Shown piece after piece: positions 36,255 to 46,288 of a stretch of DNA of 64,000 bases. Every line of letters begins with the position of its first letter. Position 1 is the stretch's first letter. The stretch comes from an uncultured SAR92 cluster bacterium (GTDB taxonomy: Bacteria; Pseudomonadota; Gammaproteobacteria; Pseudomonadales; Porticoccaceae): assembly GCA_902527245.1 (NCBI GenBank), contig CABZOI010000006.1, positions 50,778 to 114,777 of the forward strand. The letters are read 5' to 3'. A model generated the notes under the pieces. It searched no databases and was not told where the DNA came from. It saw only the letters and a program-made list of their open reading frames with translations. A program made the position numbers and the translations under genes.

Positions 36255-37795
36255 GTAAACAGTATCTTTTGAGTATAGACAATGGCACTCAGAGTATCCG
36301 AGCGATTATCTTTGATAAGAACGGTCTTGAACTTGCCAAAAGCACCATACCAATAACACCATATTTTTCAACACAAGCTGGATGGGCTGAGCAAAATCCC
36401 ATTTACTTTTGGGAATCAGTTTGCAAGGCAACTAATACACTTTGGAGCCAAACTAAAATCCAAAAATCAGATATCAAAGCAGTTTCAGTGACTACCCAGC
36501 GAGCTACTATTGTTACATTGGATGATAAAGGTAAACCCCTAAGACCTGCGATAAGTTGGTTAGATTTGAGGAAAGTTAACACGAAACCAAAACTAAACTT
36601 TCTGCAGTCCTCTATTTTGAGAATAGTGGGCGCGAAAGACTTTGTAGATTTGCTCCATCAAAATTCAGAAGCCAACTGGCTTGAGCAGTTTGAGCCACAA
36701 ACGTGGAAGTTAGTGAAAAGATTCATACTATTGTCGTGCTACCAAAATTATAGACTAACTGGTAACTTTAAAGATTCTGTAGCAAGCACAGTGGGCTATT
36801 TACCATTTGACTTTAGAAATCAAAGATGGGCGGAGAACAAAAGTTTTCAGTGGAAAACAATGCCTGTCACTCACGATATGCTACCTGAGTTGGTAGAGGC
36901 AGGTGAAGCTCTGGGGCATGTTATACCAGAGGCGAGTGTCGCAACTGGAATCCCCGAAGGTATCCCAGTCATCGCATCAGGTTCCGATAAAGCCTGTGAA
37001 GTTCTTGGAACTGGATGTATTGACAACACAATGGCAAATTTAAGTTTTGGCAGCCTCGCTACAATAAATACGAGTTCTACCAAATATCTTGAAGCGCTCA
37101 AATTCCATCCTGCTTATCCTGGCGTTATTCCAGGGAGTTTCAACATTGAAATGATGTTACAAAGGGGTTTTTGGATGATTAGATGGTTCATAAAAGAACT
37201 AGGCGATCTCGAACGACAGACTGCCTCGAAGAAAAATGTGAGTCCTGAATCGCTACTGAATGCCCTTATAACCGCTGTACCCGCGGGTTCAGATGGGTTG
37301 ATTTTACAACCATATTGGTCACCTTCAAATGGTGATAAGGAGGAAACTAGAGGAGTAATAATAGGATTTACTGAAATTCATACGCGTGCTCACATTTATA
37401 GAGCAATGATTGAAGGAATACTCTTTGCTATGAGACAAAGAAAAGAGGTTCTAGAAAAAACCGTTGGTAATAAGTTCGAAAAAATTGTTATCTCGGGAGG
37501 TGGTTCGCAAAGCGATGAAATAATGCAAATAACAGCTGATATTCTGGGAACGAAAATTTATCGATCCAAGGTTTATGAGGCATCCTCTTTGGGTGCTGCG
37601 ATAGCAAGTGCTGTTGGTATCAGGATTTATCCTAACTTTGAAAGTGCTGTGAAGGGCATGGTTAAAGTGGGAACCGAGTTTGAACCCAACGAGAGCAATA
37701 AATTACTCTATAATCAGATTTATGAAAGTATTTTCAAAAATCTACTCGATGATCTGCAACCAACATACAAAAAAATTAAAAGTCTCTTTAATTAA
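36251..37795 (+). CDS. FGGY-family carbohydrate/glycerol kinase
   Basis: LSIDNGTQSIRA N-terminal phosphate motif, later GGGSQSD. I prefer the ATG at 36251, which overlaps the glpD-like stop as ATGA, over the track start at 36206. Confidence 0.8.
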   Translation: MSKQYLLSIDNGTQSIRAIIFDKNGLELAKSTIPITPYFSTQAGWAEQNPIYFWESVCKATNTLWSQTKIQKSDIKAVSVTTQRATIVTLDDKGKPLRPAISWLDLRKVNTKPKLNFLQSSILRIVGAKDFVDLLHQNSEANWLEQFEPQTWKLVKRFILLSCYQNYRLTGNFKDSVASTVGYLPFDFRNQRWAENKSFQWKTMPVTHDMLPELVEAGEALGHVIPEASVATGIPEGIPVIASGSDKACEVLGTGCIDNTMANLSFGSLATINTSSTKYLEALKFHPAYPGVIPGSFNIEMMLQRGFWMIRWFIKELGDLERQTASKKNVSPESLLNALITAVPAGSDGLILQPYWSPSNGDKEETRGVIIGFTEIHTRAHIYRAMIEGILFAMRQRKEVLEKTVGNKFEKIVISGGGSQSDEIMQITADILGTKIYRSKVYEASSLGAAIASAVGIRIYPNFESAVKGMVKVGTEFEPNESNKLLYNQIYESIFKNLLDDLQPTYKKIKSLFN

Positions 37796-37812
37796 CTCAA
37801 ATACAAATTGAT

Positions 37813-38418
37813 TCATCTCCGAATACCTCCTAGTTTTCTCCTTCTGATTATCAATAAAATCATAAGAACGGTACCGTAAATAATAGGTTCTACTACATTT
37901 AACTTTACTGACCAAAAGAAATGTATTGCAACAAGTATTGCTGCGAGATATATCAAATTATGAAGCTTTTGCCACAAATTCCCCATTTTTATCCTGGCAT
38001 AATTTGTAGAGGAGAGTGCCAAAGACAAAATAATTAGAAAAGCGACCATCCCAATAGAAATGTATGGTCTTAAAACGACTTCTTCAATAAAAAATAGAAT
38101 ATCAAATTGTACTTCGAAAAGGAGAAAACAAAGCACATGACTGAGAGCATATGCGAAAGCGTACAATCCCAATAACCGTCGAAACTTATTGATTTTTTTA
38201 ATTCTAGACCATGCTGCAAACGGAGAGATTGCGAGGGTAATCAGCAAAAGATTAAGTGCTCCCATGCCAGTGTAATGAGTGATTGCTTTGACAGGATCGC
38301 CTCCTAATTCATCAATTATTGCCAAATAAAATGGATTAACTAAAAAATATAGTAACAGTACATGAATACATGTTTTAACAAAAATGATGTCTGACTGTTT
38401 TAATTTATAGTTCATCAC
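37813..38418 (-). CDS. msrQ: Protein-methionine-sulfoxide reductase heme-binding membrane subunit
   Basis: ~200-aa, 6-TM ferric-reductase-like protein with conserved His residues. Begins directly after the msrP stop, as in yedYZ. Confidence 0.75.
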   Translation of the reverse strand: MMNYKLKQSDIIFVKTCIHVLLLYFLVNPFYLAIIDELGGDPVKAITHYTGMGALNLLLITLAISPFAAWSRIKKINKFRRLLGLYAFAYALSHVLCFLLFEVQFDILFFIEEVVLRPYISIGMVAFLIILSLALSSTNYARIKMGNLWQKLHNLIYLAAILVAIHFFWSVKLNVVEPIIYGTVLMILLIIRRRKLGGIRR

Positions 38419-39411
38419 CTAATAATTCTTTTTTAGGTTCATTCCCTTGTAGAGATGAGCAACCTCATCAGCATATCCATTAAAGGGGAGTGTTTTAATT
38501 CTTTTTTGATTGAAAATGCCTCCAGATGTGATCCTTCTCTCATAAGCCTGACTCCACCTCGGATGATCGACTTCTGGGTTTACATTTGCATAGAATCCAT
38601 ACTCATTACTGGCTAAAAGATTCCAAGTAGTTCTTGGCTTTTTTGAGACTAAATTGATATCAACAATTGACTTAATACTCTTGAAACCATACTTCCAGGG
38701 GACAACAAGACGGACGGGTGCTCCATTTTGAGGAGGCAAAGTTTTTCCATACAAGCCCACTGCCAATATGGTTAAGGGGTGCATTGCTTCATCGAGTCTC
38801 AAACCCTCAACGTATGGATAATCGATCCCTCCACCCAGAAAATAATTTCTTTGTCCCGGCATTTGACTGGGCTTATAGATTGTTTGAAAGCGAACCCATT
38901 TAGCTTCGGAGGAGGGATTAAGTTTTTCGATCAATTTACTTAGTGGAAATCCAATCCATGGAATTACCATTGACCAGGCTTCAACGCAGCGTAGCCGATA
39001 AATTCTCTCCTCCAAATCAAACATATCCAATAAATCATCATAAGAAAGGTTTATGGATCGATCTCCTTCATTTACAGATAGTGTCCATGGTTTCACTTTA
39101 AAATCACGAGATAACTCAGCGGGCTGATGCTTCTGACTGCCAAATTCATAGAAATTATTGTGAGATATTGCTTTGTTTTCTGACGTTAACTCATCAGTGC
39201 CAATTACATCTCTTTTGTAGCTCAATAGCTGTCTGACATTTGGTTGGTTATTAGTTTTTTGATCTTGAGACTTTGCGATTGAAGAATTTGTTATAAATGG
39301 GGCACTCCCAAGTATACCTAACTGCTTTATTATTGAGCGTCTGTTAATGAATAGTGTCTCATCAGTGACTTCGCTCTCTTTACAGTTATATGAAGATACC
39401 TTTCTTTTCAC
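38419..39411 (-). CDS. msrP: Periplasmic molybdopterin-dependent protein-methionine-sulfoxide reductase catalytic subunit
   Basis: Tat-like leader ([14 protein letters not shown]). [14 protein letters not shown] and [18 protein letters not shown] motifs as in YedY. Confidence 0.85.
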   Translation of the reverse strand: MKRKVSSYNCKESEVTDETLFINRRSIIKQLGILGSAPFITNSSIAKSQDQKTNNQPNVRQLLSYKRDVIGTDELTSENKAISHNNFYEFGSQKHQPAELSRDFKVKPWTLSVNEGDRSINLSYDDLLDMFDLEERIYRLRCVEAWSMVIPWIGFPLSKLIEKLNPSSEAKWVRFQTIYKPSQMPGQRNYFLGGGIDYPYVEGLRLDEAMHPLTILAVGLYGKTLPPQNGAPVRLVVPWKYGFKSIKSIVDINLVSKKPRTTWNLLASNEYGFYANVNPEVDHPRWSQAYERRITSGGIFNQKRIKTLPFNGYADEVAHLYKGMNLKKNY

Positions 39412-39454
39412 TCACTTTACTCCCTACGCTAATCATCAAAGTGCCTTGCGCAAT

Positions 39455-40804
39455 TTATGTAAAGAGCTTATACGTTTTACAATACTCAAAGGTCTTATCA
39501 AGGGCATCTCCCAGTTTATCAACCAACTCATCAACTTGATTTTTGCTAATTATCAATGGTGGACAGATGCCAATGCTGGATCCTGCTACAGTTCTTATTA
39601 ATAAACCATTATCTTGAGCCATTTTTTGAGCAACTCCACCAACTCTTCCATCTTGAAACTGATGTTCAAGTTCTTTATTCGGAACCAATTCCAAGGCGGC
39701 AAGTAGTCCTCTACCTCTGACCTCGCCCACCAATGGATGAGATTCAAATTTTTTCAATTGTTCTTGTAAATATGCGCCTGTGGCTGAGGCTCGACTGAAA
39801 ATATTGTCCCTGTCATAAATTTCAAGCACTCTAAGTGCGACAGCACATGCAACAGGATGACCTGAATATGTATACCCATGGCCAAATGCTCCTGCGGCCG
39901 CACTCTGGTCAATCATCGCTTCGTAAACATCTCTTCGAATAGCAGACGCACTGATGGGCATATAAGCTGAAGATAACTGTTTCGCGAACGTCATCATATC
40001 TGGATCATGAATATTCATAGTAGTGCAGCCAAAGTCACTACCAGTGCGGCCAAAACCGGTAATTACCTCATCTGCCCAAAACATTATATTGTACTTACTT
40101 AGTACACTTTGAACTTTTTCATAATACCCCTCAGGAGGAACAATCACACCACTAGCACCAGTAATTGGTTCAGCAATAAATGCTGCAATCGTCTCGGGAT
40201 TCTCCGAAATTATTAAATTTTCTAAATTAGAAACTATCCTATCGACGAATTGGTTTTCACTCTCTCCCCGCTCTTTACCTCTGTAGTAGTGAGGATGATC
40301 AGTCCTTAAAATGCCCAACGCGTCCACCGGTAAATCGAAATGATTTTGTGTTACCGGGAGTCCCGTAAGAGACGCAGCGGCAACAGTGACCCCATGATAT
40401 GATCTGTGCCTGGCGATAATTTTTCTCTTCTCTGTTTTATTTATTGCCTCGTGATAATAACGGAGCAGCTTAATATGAGTGTCATTTGCATCACTTCCAG
40501 AGTTCCCAAATGAAATAACTGGATCTCTCATGGGAATCATATCTGCTAACTTTTCTGATAATTCTATTGCTACTTTGTGTGTTTTACCTCCAAACATGTG
40601 ACTGAAAGTTAATTTTTTCATTTGCTCAGCTGTGACATCGATCAACTCTTGATTTGCATAACCTAAAGCTGTACACCAAAGTCCAGATAATCCCTCTAAA
40701 TATTGATTACCCTCGGTGTCCCAGACATAGCAACCATCACCTCGCTCAATTGAGATTTGCTCGATTGCCTTGAAGTTTGTGGTTGGGTAAATAAGATGAG
40801 TCAT
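39455..40804 (-). CDS. Class-III (omega) aminotransferase, PLP-dependent
   Basis: GSDANDT, DEVITGFGRTG, and the TFAKQLSS Schiff-base Lys context. Confidence 0.85.
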   Translation of the reverse strand: MTHLIYPTTNFKAIEQISIERGDGCYVWDTEGNQYLEGLSGLWCTALGYANQELIDVTAEQMKKLTFSHMFGGKTHKVAIELSEKLADMIPMRDPVISFGNSGSDANDTHIKLLRYYHEAINKTEKRKIIARHRSYHGVTVAAASLTGLPVTQNHFDLPVDALGILRTDHPHYYRGKERGESENQFVDRIVSNLENLIISENPETIAAFIAEPITGASGVIVPPEGYYEKVQSVLSKYNIMFWADEVITGFGRTGSDFGCTTMNIHDPDMMTFAKQLSSAYMPISASAIRRDVYEAMIDQSAAAGAFGHGYTYSGHPVACAVALRVLEIYDRDNIFSRASATGAYLQEQLKKFESHPLVGEVRGRGLLAALELVPNKELEHQFQDGRVGGVAQKMAQDNGLLIRTVAGSSIGICPPLIISKNQVDELVDKLGDALDKTFEYCKTYKLFT

Positions 40805-40815
40805 TTTGTACTCCT

Positions 40816-42279
40816 TTACTCGTTGATACCGCCAACACAGACGTATTTAATCTCCAAATAATCATCAAGACCATATTTTGAGCCCTCTCTACCGTTACCT
40901 GACTCCTTGATCCCTCCAAACGGTGCCATCTCATTTGAAATAATTCCCTCATTAACTCCTATAATTCCAAATTCAAGTTTTTCTGAGACTCTGTATACTC
41001 TACCTATATCTCTTGAGTAAAAGTAAGCAGCTAGACCAAAATCGGTTTGATTTGCGAGCTCAATGGCTTCATTTTCTGTTTCAAATTTGATTATTGGAGC
41101 GACTGGTCCAAAAATTTCCTCGTTAAAAACTCGCATGCTTGTATTAATATTGGATAGAATAGTGGGATTTATAAAATTATCTCCCAAATCACAAATATTT
41201 CCGCCAAGTTCGACCCTAGCACCTTTTATTTTTGCATCTTCTATGAGGCTTTTTACGTCTTCCGCCGCGTTACTGTCAATCAAAGGACCAATAGTTGTCG
41301 TCTCTTTCTGACCATCCCCTATCACTAGTTTTTCGCATTCAGATTTGAACTTGGAAACAAATTCATCATAGATTTTATGTTGAACTAATATTCGGTTGGT
41401 ACAAACACAAGTTTGACCAGCATTTCGATATTTGGAAATCATCGCGCCGCTTACAGCTTTATCCAAGTCAGCATCATCGAAAACAATAAATGGAGCATTT
41501 CCGCCTAATTCCATAGAAGTACGTTTTACAGTGTTTGAACAGGCACTCATCAGTTTTTTGCCAACAGGTGTCGAACCGGTGAAAGTTAATTTCCTGACCA
41601 ATTTATTTGAAGTCATCTCTGCACCAATCTCACTGGTTTTTCCAGTAACAATATTAATAAGTCCCTTCGGAAAACCAGCTCTCTCAGCTAAAACCACCAA
41701 AGCTAATGCAGATAATGGTGTTGCATTCGCTGGTTTACAGACGACAGCGCATCCCGCTGCAAGTGCAGGAGCAATTTTTCTTGTTAACATCGCAATAGGG
41801 AAATTCCAAGGCGTGATGCACGCAACCACTCCAACAGGCTGCTTAACCACCATGATTCTTTTGTCATTGCTAGGCGGAGCAATTGTATCTCCGTAAACAC
41901 GCTTGCTTTCCTCCGCAAACCACTCAATGTAACTAGCTCCATAAACGATTTCAGCTCTAGCTTCTGAGATCGGTTTCCCTTGCTCTTGAGTGAGTATCCT
42001 TGCTAGATCCTCTTTGTTTTCCATAACAAGTCTAAACCAGTTACCAAGCATATAAGCTCTTTCTTTAACTAAAGATTGTGACCATTTTTTTTGAGCTTCA
42101 TGAGCTGCAGAAATCATTCGGTTAGTTTCAGAGCTGCCACAGCGAGCTACCTGCGCAAAAAGCTTTCCATCTGCTGGATTGATGACTTCTAGCAATGTTC
42201 CATCATCAGAATCTATCCAATGACCATTCGAATAATTTTTAGACGTAAGCAACGTTTTATCGTTGAGTTTAAGTATCAT
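40816..42279 (-). CDS. gabD: Succinate-semialdehyde dehydrogenase
   Basis: Colinear along its length with E. coli GabD as I recall it (ITPWNFP, ELGGNAPFIVFDDADLDKAV, RNAGQTCVCTNR, GLAAYFYSRD, EGSKYGLDDYLEIKY). Confidence 0.85.
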   Translation of the reverse strand: MILKLNDKTLLTSKNYSNGHWIDSDDGTLLEVINPADGKLFAQVARCGSSETNRMISAAHEAQKKWSQSLVKERAYMLGNWFRLVMENKEDLARILTQEQGKPISEARAEIVYGASYIEWFAEESKRVYGDTIAPPSNDKRIMVVKQPVGVVACITPWNFPIAMLTRKIAPALAAGCAVVCKPANATPLSALALVVLAERAGFPKGLINIVTGKTSEIGAEMTSNKLVRKLTFTGSTPVGKKLMSACSNTVKRTSMELGGNAPFIVFDDADLDKAVSGAMISKYRNAGQTCVCTNRILVQHKIYDEFVSKFKSECEKLVIGDGQKETTTIGPLIDSNAAEDVKSLIEDAKIKGARVELGGNICDLGDNFINPTILSNINTSMRVFNEEIFGPVAPIIKFETENEAIELANQTDFGLAAYFYSRDIGRVYRVSEKLEFGIIGVNEGIISNEMAPFGGIKESGNGREGSKYGLDDYLEIKYVCVGGINE

Positions 42280-42494
42280 CTGGCTTGCCCATCATTTAAT
42301 CAAAACAAAATCTTCAGTAAAGTTACAATAATATCGATTTAAAGGATATATGTTTTTACATTACAAATCGCCAGTCCAAATTTTACGATTTAATTTATTA
42401 AATATATACCCAAAGCATTTTCTATTTCGAACTATTAAAATATGAATTGATATTAGTAAATATGACCCCAAATAAGAATAAAGGGAGAAGTCTT

Positions 42495-43040
42495 ATGGAT
42501 CAGTATAGAGGTACAACCATTTTATCTGTGCGACGCGGCTCAACCGTTGTGATCGGTGGCGATGGTCAGGTAAGTCTGGGAAACACTATCATGAAAGGAA
42601 ATGCTAAAAAGGTTAGGCGATTACATAATGACCAAGTAATAGCAGGATTTGCAGGTGGAACAGCCGACGCCTTCACCTTGTTCGAAAGATTCGAACAAAA
42701 GCTCGAGCAGCATAATGGAAACCTAACAAGGGCAGCAGTTGAATTAGCTAAAGACTGGCGGACAGATAGAATGCTACGTAGACTCGAGGCACTTCTCGCA
42801 GTCGCTAACAAGGAAAGCTCACTAATCATCACCGGAAACGGAGATGTTATTCAGCCTGAGGATGATTTAATCGCTATCGGGTCTGGAGGACCTTACGCAC
42901 AATCGGCAGCTCGCGCACTTCTGGATAATACAGATCTTTCAGCGAGAGAAATCGTTAAAAGTGGTCTTAAAATAGCGGGAGATATTTGCGTATACACAAA
43001 CCATACTACAACAATTGAAGAACTTAATCTTGAGGCCTAA
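42495..43040 (+). CDS. hslV: ATP-dependent protease subunit HslV
   Basis: GTTILSVRR...GGDGQVSLG...[10 protein letters not shown] motifs. The ATG at 42495 is preceded by AAGGGAGAAG. See the finding on the N-terminal extension. Confidence 0.9.
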   Translation: MDQYRGTTILSVRRGSTVVIGGDGQVSLGNTIMKGNAKKVRRLHNDQVIAGFAGGTADAFTLFERFEQKLEQHNGNLTRAAVELAKDWRTDRMLRRLEALLAVANKESSLIITGNGDVIQPEDDLIAIGSGGPYAQSAARALLDNTDLSAREIVKSGLKIAGDICVYTNHTTTIEELNLEA

Positions 43041-43043
43041 AAA

Positions 43044-44372
43044 ATGTCACAAATGACTCCTAGAGAAATCGTACATGAACTAAATCAACATATTATTGGT
43101 CAGGATGATGCTAAAAGAGCTGTTGCAATTGCTCTGAGAAACAGATGGAGAAGGTCTCAACTCGAAGACGACATAAGGAACGAAGTAACGCCAAAAAATA
43201 TTTTGATGATTGGCCCCACTGGTGTGGGAAAAACTGAGATTGCGAGACGACTCGCTAAGTTAGCCAATGCACCATTTGTAAAGGTCGAAGCAACAAAATT
43301 TACTGAGGTAGGCTATGTGGGAAAAGATGTTGAGTCAATAGTCAGAGATTTAGTCGAAACTGCAGTAAAAGAGTGCCGTGAGAAGGAAATGTTGAAAGTC
43401 GATCAAAGAGCATTGGACGCAGCTGAGGAACGTGTACTCGATGCCCTTCTCCCACCTGCAAGAAGCACGGATTCAACCCAAGAGAAAAACTCGACAACCA
43501 GACAAGTATTTCGGAAAAAATTACGTGAGGGAGCCCTAGATGAAAAAGAAATTGAAATAGAGCTCAGCCAAATGCCGTTGGGTGTAGAAATTATGGCACC
43601 TCCGGGGATGGAAGAAATGACATCTCAACTCCAAAACATGTTCAGTAATATGGGTCGAAACAAAAAAACGACTAGAAAAATTTCTGTAAAAGATGCGATG
43701 AAACAAATTAAAGAAGAAGAAGCTGCCAAACTAATAAATGATGAGGAGATCAAGGCCTCTGCCATTGAAGCAGCTGAGCAGAACGGTATCGTTTTTCTCG
43801 ATGAGATAGATAAAGTTTGTAGAAATAGTAAAACCTCAGGAGCAGACGTATCTCGTGAGGGCGTCCAAAGAGATTTACTACCCCTAATTGAAGGTTGTAC
43901 AGTTTCTACAAAATTTGGAATGATCAAAACAGATCATATTTTATTTATTGCCTCTGGAGCCTTCCACCTATCGAAACCTTCAGATTTGATACCAGAATTG
44001 CAAGGACGTTTACCTATCAGAGTAGAATTAAACGCTTTAAAAATTGATGATCTAAAACGAATTTTAACCGAGCCGAATGCGTCACTGACAAGACAACAAA
44101 GTGAATTGCTCAGAACGGAAGGCTTGAAAATCGAGTTTACTGAAGACGGGACACAAAAAATCGCAGAAATCGCTTTTGAAGTAAATGAGGGGACTGAGAA
44201 TATTGGTGCGCGACGTCTGCACACGATTCTGGAAAGATTATTGGAAGAGATATCATTCACTGCGTCAGATTGCACAGCAGATGACAACAAAATCACAATA
44301 AATAAAGAGTTTGTTGAGAAGAATCTGAGTGATTTGGCAAGTGATGAGGATTTAAGTCGATTTATTCTTTAA
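43044..44372 (+). CDS. hslU: ATP-dependent protease ATPase subunit HslU
   Basis: [28 protein letters not shown], Walker [17 protein letters not shown]-terminal DLSRFIL. Confidence 0.95.
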   Translation: MSQMTPREIVHELNQHIIGQDDAKRAVAIALRNRWRRSQLEDDIRNEVTPKNILMIGPTGVGKTEIARRLAKLANAPFVKVEATKFTEVGYVGKDVESIVRDLVETAVKECREKEMLKVDQRALDAAEERVLDALLPPARSTDSTQEKNSTTRQVFRKKLREGALDEKEIEIELSQMPLGVEIMAPPGMEEMTSQLQNMFSNMGRNKKTTRKISVKDAMKQIKEEEAAKLINDEEIKASAIEAAEQNGIVFLDEIDKVCRNSKTSGADVSREGVQRDLLPLIEGCTVSTKFGMIKTDHILFIASGAFHLSKPSDLIPELQGRLPIRVELNALKIDDLKRILTEPNASLTRQQSELLRTEGLKIEFTEDGTQKIAEIAFEVNEGTENIGARRLHTILERLLEEISFTASDCTADDNKITINKEFVEKNLSDLASDEDLSRFIL

Positions 44373-44393
44373 ACTGGAATTAGATAGCGTTAA

Positions 44394-44777
44394 ATGTCTA
44401 AACTGAAACCAGAAAAGATAATCGTTTCTAAATCGAAAGATGTCCTTAAACTAATCTACAAGTCTAAGCGTGAGATAACTTTAACAGCAGAATATCTCAG
44501 AGTATTTTCCCCAAGTGCCGAAGTCCGCGGTCACCGATCTTCTGATTACATACTTCAAGTTGGTAAGAGGAATGTTGTCATCTTGGACGTAAAAACAGTG
44601 GGCCTTTATGCCATACAGATCGTCTTTGATGATGGTCATGATTCGGGTATATATTCTTGGGACTACTTAGTGTCACTGAGAGAAAACTATGATAAAAACT
44701 GGAATAGCTATCTTCGCCAACTGAAGAACGAAAACAAATCCCGTTTACCGGATATTCAAATATTGAAAATAAAATAA
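44394..44777 (+). CDS. DUF971 (gamma-butyrobetaine hydroxylase-like N-terminal domain) protein
   Basis: YLRVFSPSAEVRGH...DGHDSGIYSWDYL pattern. Sits between hslU and ubiE. Confidence 0.65.
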   Translation: MSKLKPEKIIVSKSKDVLKLIYKSKREITLTAEYLRVFSPSAEVRGHRSSDYILQVGKRNVVILDVKTVGLYAIQIVFDDGHDSGIYSWDYLVSLRENYDKNWNSYLRQLKNENKSRLPDIQILKIK

Positions 44778-44899
44778 AGAGAATTCCCGGCCATAAAGTT
44801 CTTTAAGATCATCCAAAGCATTATATACTGAGTAGTTATATGCAATGCTCAATTAAGAAATATATCTAAAAATCAACTCTAACCCAAGACCATTATTCA

Positions 44900-45646
44900 A
44901 TGAGAGAAAAGACAACACATTTTGGTTTCGAGACGGTAACTGAATCAGAGAAAACTGAAAAAGTCCGAGGAGTCTTTGACTCTGTGGCAAAAAAATATGA
45001 TTTGATGAATGATTTAATGTCATTTGGAATTCATAGAGCATGGAAGCAAATTGCCGTTCTTATGGCAGGTGCTAAAGTAGGAAGCAAGGTACTTGATATA
45101 GCGAGCGGCACGGCTGATTTAGCAAAAAAGTTTTCTACAATAGTTGGGCAAACTGGAACAGTGGTCGTTTCAGATATCAACAATGAAATGCTAAAAATTG
45201 GTAGAGACCGGCTTATTGACGGTGGTTTTATTGGTAATACAAAATTTTCACTTGCAGATGCGCAGGCTCTTCCATTCTATGATAATACTTTTGACATCGT
45301 CTCTATCGCCTTTGGATTAAGAAATGTAACAGATCAAAGACAAGCTCTAGAATCAATGTTGCGCGTTTTGAAACCTGGTGGAAAACTAGTTATTCTCGAG
45401 TTTTCAAAGCCAACAAGTAAACTCATTAGAGAATTATATGATCATTATTCTTTTAAACTAATACCAAAACTTGGTCAGGTATTTGCCAAGGATGCGTCAA
45501 GTTACAAATATCTGGCAGAATCGATCAGGATGCATCCCTCTCAAGACAGTTTAAAACTTATGATGAGAGATGCTGGGTTTGTCGACAACTCCTTTCTAAA
45601 TCTTACCTCGGGGATTGTTGCAATTCATTCAGGTGTAAAACCATAA
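44900..45646 (+). CDS. ubiE: Ubiquinone/menaquinone C-methyltransferase
   Basis: THFGF N-terminus, [17 protein letters not shown] motif [16 protein letters not shown]. Confidence 0.9.
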   Translation: MREKTTHFGFETVTESEKTEKVRGVFDSVAKKYDLMNDLMSFGIHRAWKQIAVLMAGAKVGSKVLDIASGTADLAKKFSTIVGQTGTVVVSDINNEMLKIGRDRLIDGGFIGNTKFSLADAQALPFYDNTFDIVSIAFGLRNVTDQRQALESMLRVLKPGGKLVILEFSKPTSKLIRELYDHYSFKLIPKLGQVFAKDASSYKYLAESIRMHPSQDSLKLMMRDAGFVDNSFLNLTSGIVAIHSGVKP

Positions 45647-46288
45647 ATGATTTTTCTAGATAAAACTAAAGGTCTCAATAGAATTGAGAAAGTAATCAAT
45701 TCCGCATTAAGAACCGACCCAACAACATTCGAAAAGTTGATAAAACTTAGAGGGAAGTCAGTTGTAATAGAGAGTATGAGTCCATCATTGAAAGTGAATA
45801 TTTTAGTCACTAACAACGGCATTCAACTGACAAGAGAGACTTTTGATGATCCCTCGGTTCGTATTTCTGGCTCACTTACTTCGATTATAAAAACCGTGAC
45901 AAAAAAAAATGCAAAATCGGCAATTAGAGAGACAGATATTAAAATAAATGGTGATTTTGATACACTCAAGAAGATCAGCGATATTGCTCAATCACTAGAA
46001 ATTGACTGGGAGGGCATATTAGGCAATCTGATAGGGAAAATTCCCGCTCGAATTCTGTATAAAACACTCAGTGAAATAATAAGAATAAATAATGAAACTC
46101 AACAGAGGCTTACAAAAAATATCGTAAATAGCCTTCGAGATGAATTCGACATCACTCCTACTCATGAGGAATTTTTGGAATTCTCATCAAAAGTAAGAAA
46201 TGTATCGACAACTGTGGATCGACTCGAAGCCAAGCTAAAGAAGCTAGAGGCCAATCTTGATAAACCACTCAATCAAGGTGAGAAATGA
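45647..46288 (+). CDS. ubiJ: Ubiquinone biosynthesis accessory factor (SCP2-domain), UbiJ-like
   Basis: Position between ubiE and ubiB, as in E. coli ubiE-ubiJ-ubiB. About 210 aa with a coiled-coil C-terminus. The call rests mainly on synteny. Confidence 0.6.
   Translation: MIFLDKTKGLNRIEKVINSALRTDPTTFEKLIKLRGKSVVIESMSPSLKVNILVTNNGIQLTRETFDDPSVRISGSLTSIIKTVTKKNAKSAIRETDIKINGDFDTLKKISDIAQSLEIDWEGILGNLIGKIPARILYKTLSEIIRINNETQQRLTKNIVNSLRDEFDITPTHEEFLEFSSKVRNVSTTVDRLEAKLKKLEANLDKPLNQGEK

Noticed and set aside
41063-41896. Plus-strand ORFs 41063-41311 and 41432-41896 antisense to gabD; likewise 43625-44296 antisense to hslU, and 15224-15650 and 29846-30459 inside TBDR genes
   Set aside because: The opposite-strand genes match well-known families along their full length. 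The antisense ORFs are Ser/Leu/Pro-rich with no motifs.
42447-42494. Upstream starts for hslV (track start 42447); also 17382 for the TBDR and 7118 for the second permease
   Set aside because: The internal ATGs at 42495, 17361 and 7127 are each preceded by a strong purine-rich SD (AAGGGAGAAG, AGGGGGAA, AAGGTGGA). The longer forms have none.
44812-44855. Imperfect inverted repeat AGCATTATATA...TATATGCAATGCT between the DUF971 gene and ubiE
   Set aside because: The stem is AT-rich and bulged with no U-tract. It could be a weak operator or attenuator, but the evidence is insufficient.
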